The position numbers and the translations under genes are program-made. Positions 62,502 to 64,000 of a DNA stretch of 64,000 nt are shown here, one piece after another (positions within the stretch are counted from its first letter, which is position 1; each line of letters starts with the position of its first letter). Origin of the DNA: Eledone cirrhosa (taxonomy: Eukaryota). The DNA lies in the NCBI GenBank assembly GCA_964016885.1, contig OZ024741.1, positions 171,058,001 through 171,122,000 of the forward strand, written 5' to 3'. The notes under the pieces are model-generated. The model did no database searches. It had not been told where the DNA came from and saw only the letters and a program-made list of their open reading frames with translations.

Positions 62502-62722
62502 TATATATATATTCATTATCGAGCCCTATTCGGATTGTAGTCTTCACAATTATTATTGATAAATATATATGTCCGCATATAATAACTTTAGTCTTGTTCG
62601 TGGTCCGGTGGTGAAGAGAAGGTTTTCAGTGTCCATAATTATATTTCAGTGTTCGTGTTATCAAAATACACTATTCTATCAACAATTCCTCCCATGAATA
62701 AATACATTATATTAATTATGTT

Positions 62723-62761
<39 letters not shown>

Positions 62762-62918
62762 GTATATATGCAATGAAGGTGTCCGTAGAAAAAGGAAAGG
62801 AATACACAGTAATATATACATAAATACATATATTTATTTTTATATATTTATATATATATTTGCGTATGCATATATATATATATATATATATATATACTCT
62901 CTCACACACACACGCACA

Positions 62919-63050
<132 letters not shown>

Positions 63051-63559
63051 GTATTTATAATATACATATATATGTATATATATTATGTGTACATGTATCT
63101 ATCTACGAATATATAATCGTTTCATATTATATTTGCAATGCAATTTATTTCACAATATATTTTCTCTTTATTTTCATAAGACGAGATTAGATCACCGCAG
63201 TAAGATGTTAATAAATACTCGATGTGACAGTTTAAACCAAAAATCGATATACATACATGCAAATTGATATACATGCATACACGTTCTTATATAAACAAAA
63301 ACATCCATGCAGTTTCACACACACTCACACACACATATATATATATACATTAAAGTTTCAATTGGAACATTATCGTGGGGACTAACACACATATAGGAGA
63401 TATAAGTACTGTGATCTCTGCATCGCTGAAGGCTGGGAAATGTTATTTGCTAAAGTACATTTGCAAAAGGAAATATTGGAATAATAATATCATTTAAACA
63501 CAAAATATTAAAACAATATAAACCATTGCTATTATTTGACGTTTTATGAATTCATGTTT

Positions 63560-64000
63560 CAGGCCAGGATCGAGCAATACATTCCTAGTAAATGTTGCAA
63601 ACTAAATGTTCCATCGATTGAAACCAGCTCTTGCAATTCTTGCACTTATTTCAGCTGTCTGCCTTCCATCACTCGTGAACACTGTACTGCGATACAAGAA
63701 CTTCTCCACTGCTTCAGCGAAAATCCATTCACATATAGAGTGCACTGCGCAGACCTCCATCAGAAGACGAGTCTCAGTTTTCGCAGCATTGATATTCATT
63801 TCACCAAACATGTCGACTGCAAGTCAGAGACCACCTTCTGGCCTGTTTAGTAATACCATGTATTTTACAAATTCCAGCCGACTTATTCTACACCTGCCCC
63901 TCGTGTTACCACGTCCAACCCGGCTGCGCATGTCAATCCTCTTCATGTGAATGATGAATAGGAGAGGTGACTGTACACACCCTTTGTGGTGTCCGACTGC
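63560..64000 (-). mobile_element. Decayed RTE-like RT fragment, running off the window end
   Basis: VG..KGCVQSPLLFII.M..I, MNINAAKTE and VEKFLY..VFTSDGR..EISARIARA motifs. Confidence 0.72.

Larger units (their letters stand above)
61520..62710. repeat. Nested inverted duplications separated by (TA)n
   Basis: 61520-61725 pairs with 62508-62709, 62081-62215 with 62330-62466, and 61281-61327 with 62265-62313. Confidence 0.9.

Overview
AT-rich, microsatellite-saturated eukaryotic DNA. The SINE and microsatellite content suggests a cephalopod/octopus-like genome, which is an inference only. I found no confident host gene, only two weak minus-strand exon candidates near 55-57 kb. The window is almost entirely transposon-derived. 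It holds an apparently intact R4/Dong-like RT-REL retrotransposon (1169 aa) whose copies all abut (CATA)n, a 6.2-kb palindromic Penelope-like element (PLE; RT + GIY-YIG), decayed RTE, CR1/L2, Helitron and mariner remnants, and about 20 tRNA-type SINE copies. The most striking signal is a set of more than a dozen (TA)n-embedded fold-back or tandem insertions from unrelated sequence families. Many carry a hammerhead-ribozyme-like core (CTGANGA..GAAA) and share an asymmetric design. One arm ends in a ~70-140 nt tail that begins with an (A/G)CTC..GAG(T/C) hairpin, and the inverted arm stops a few bases before that hairpin. This points to a common PLE-driven dual-priming/snap-back integration mechanism and to non-coding retrozyme-like multimers (units of 528, 635 and ~243-320 bp). 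All alignments and folds were done by eye and coordinates may be off by a few bases.
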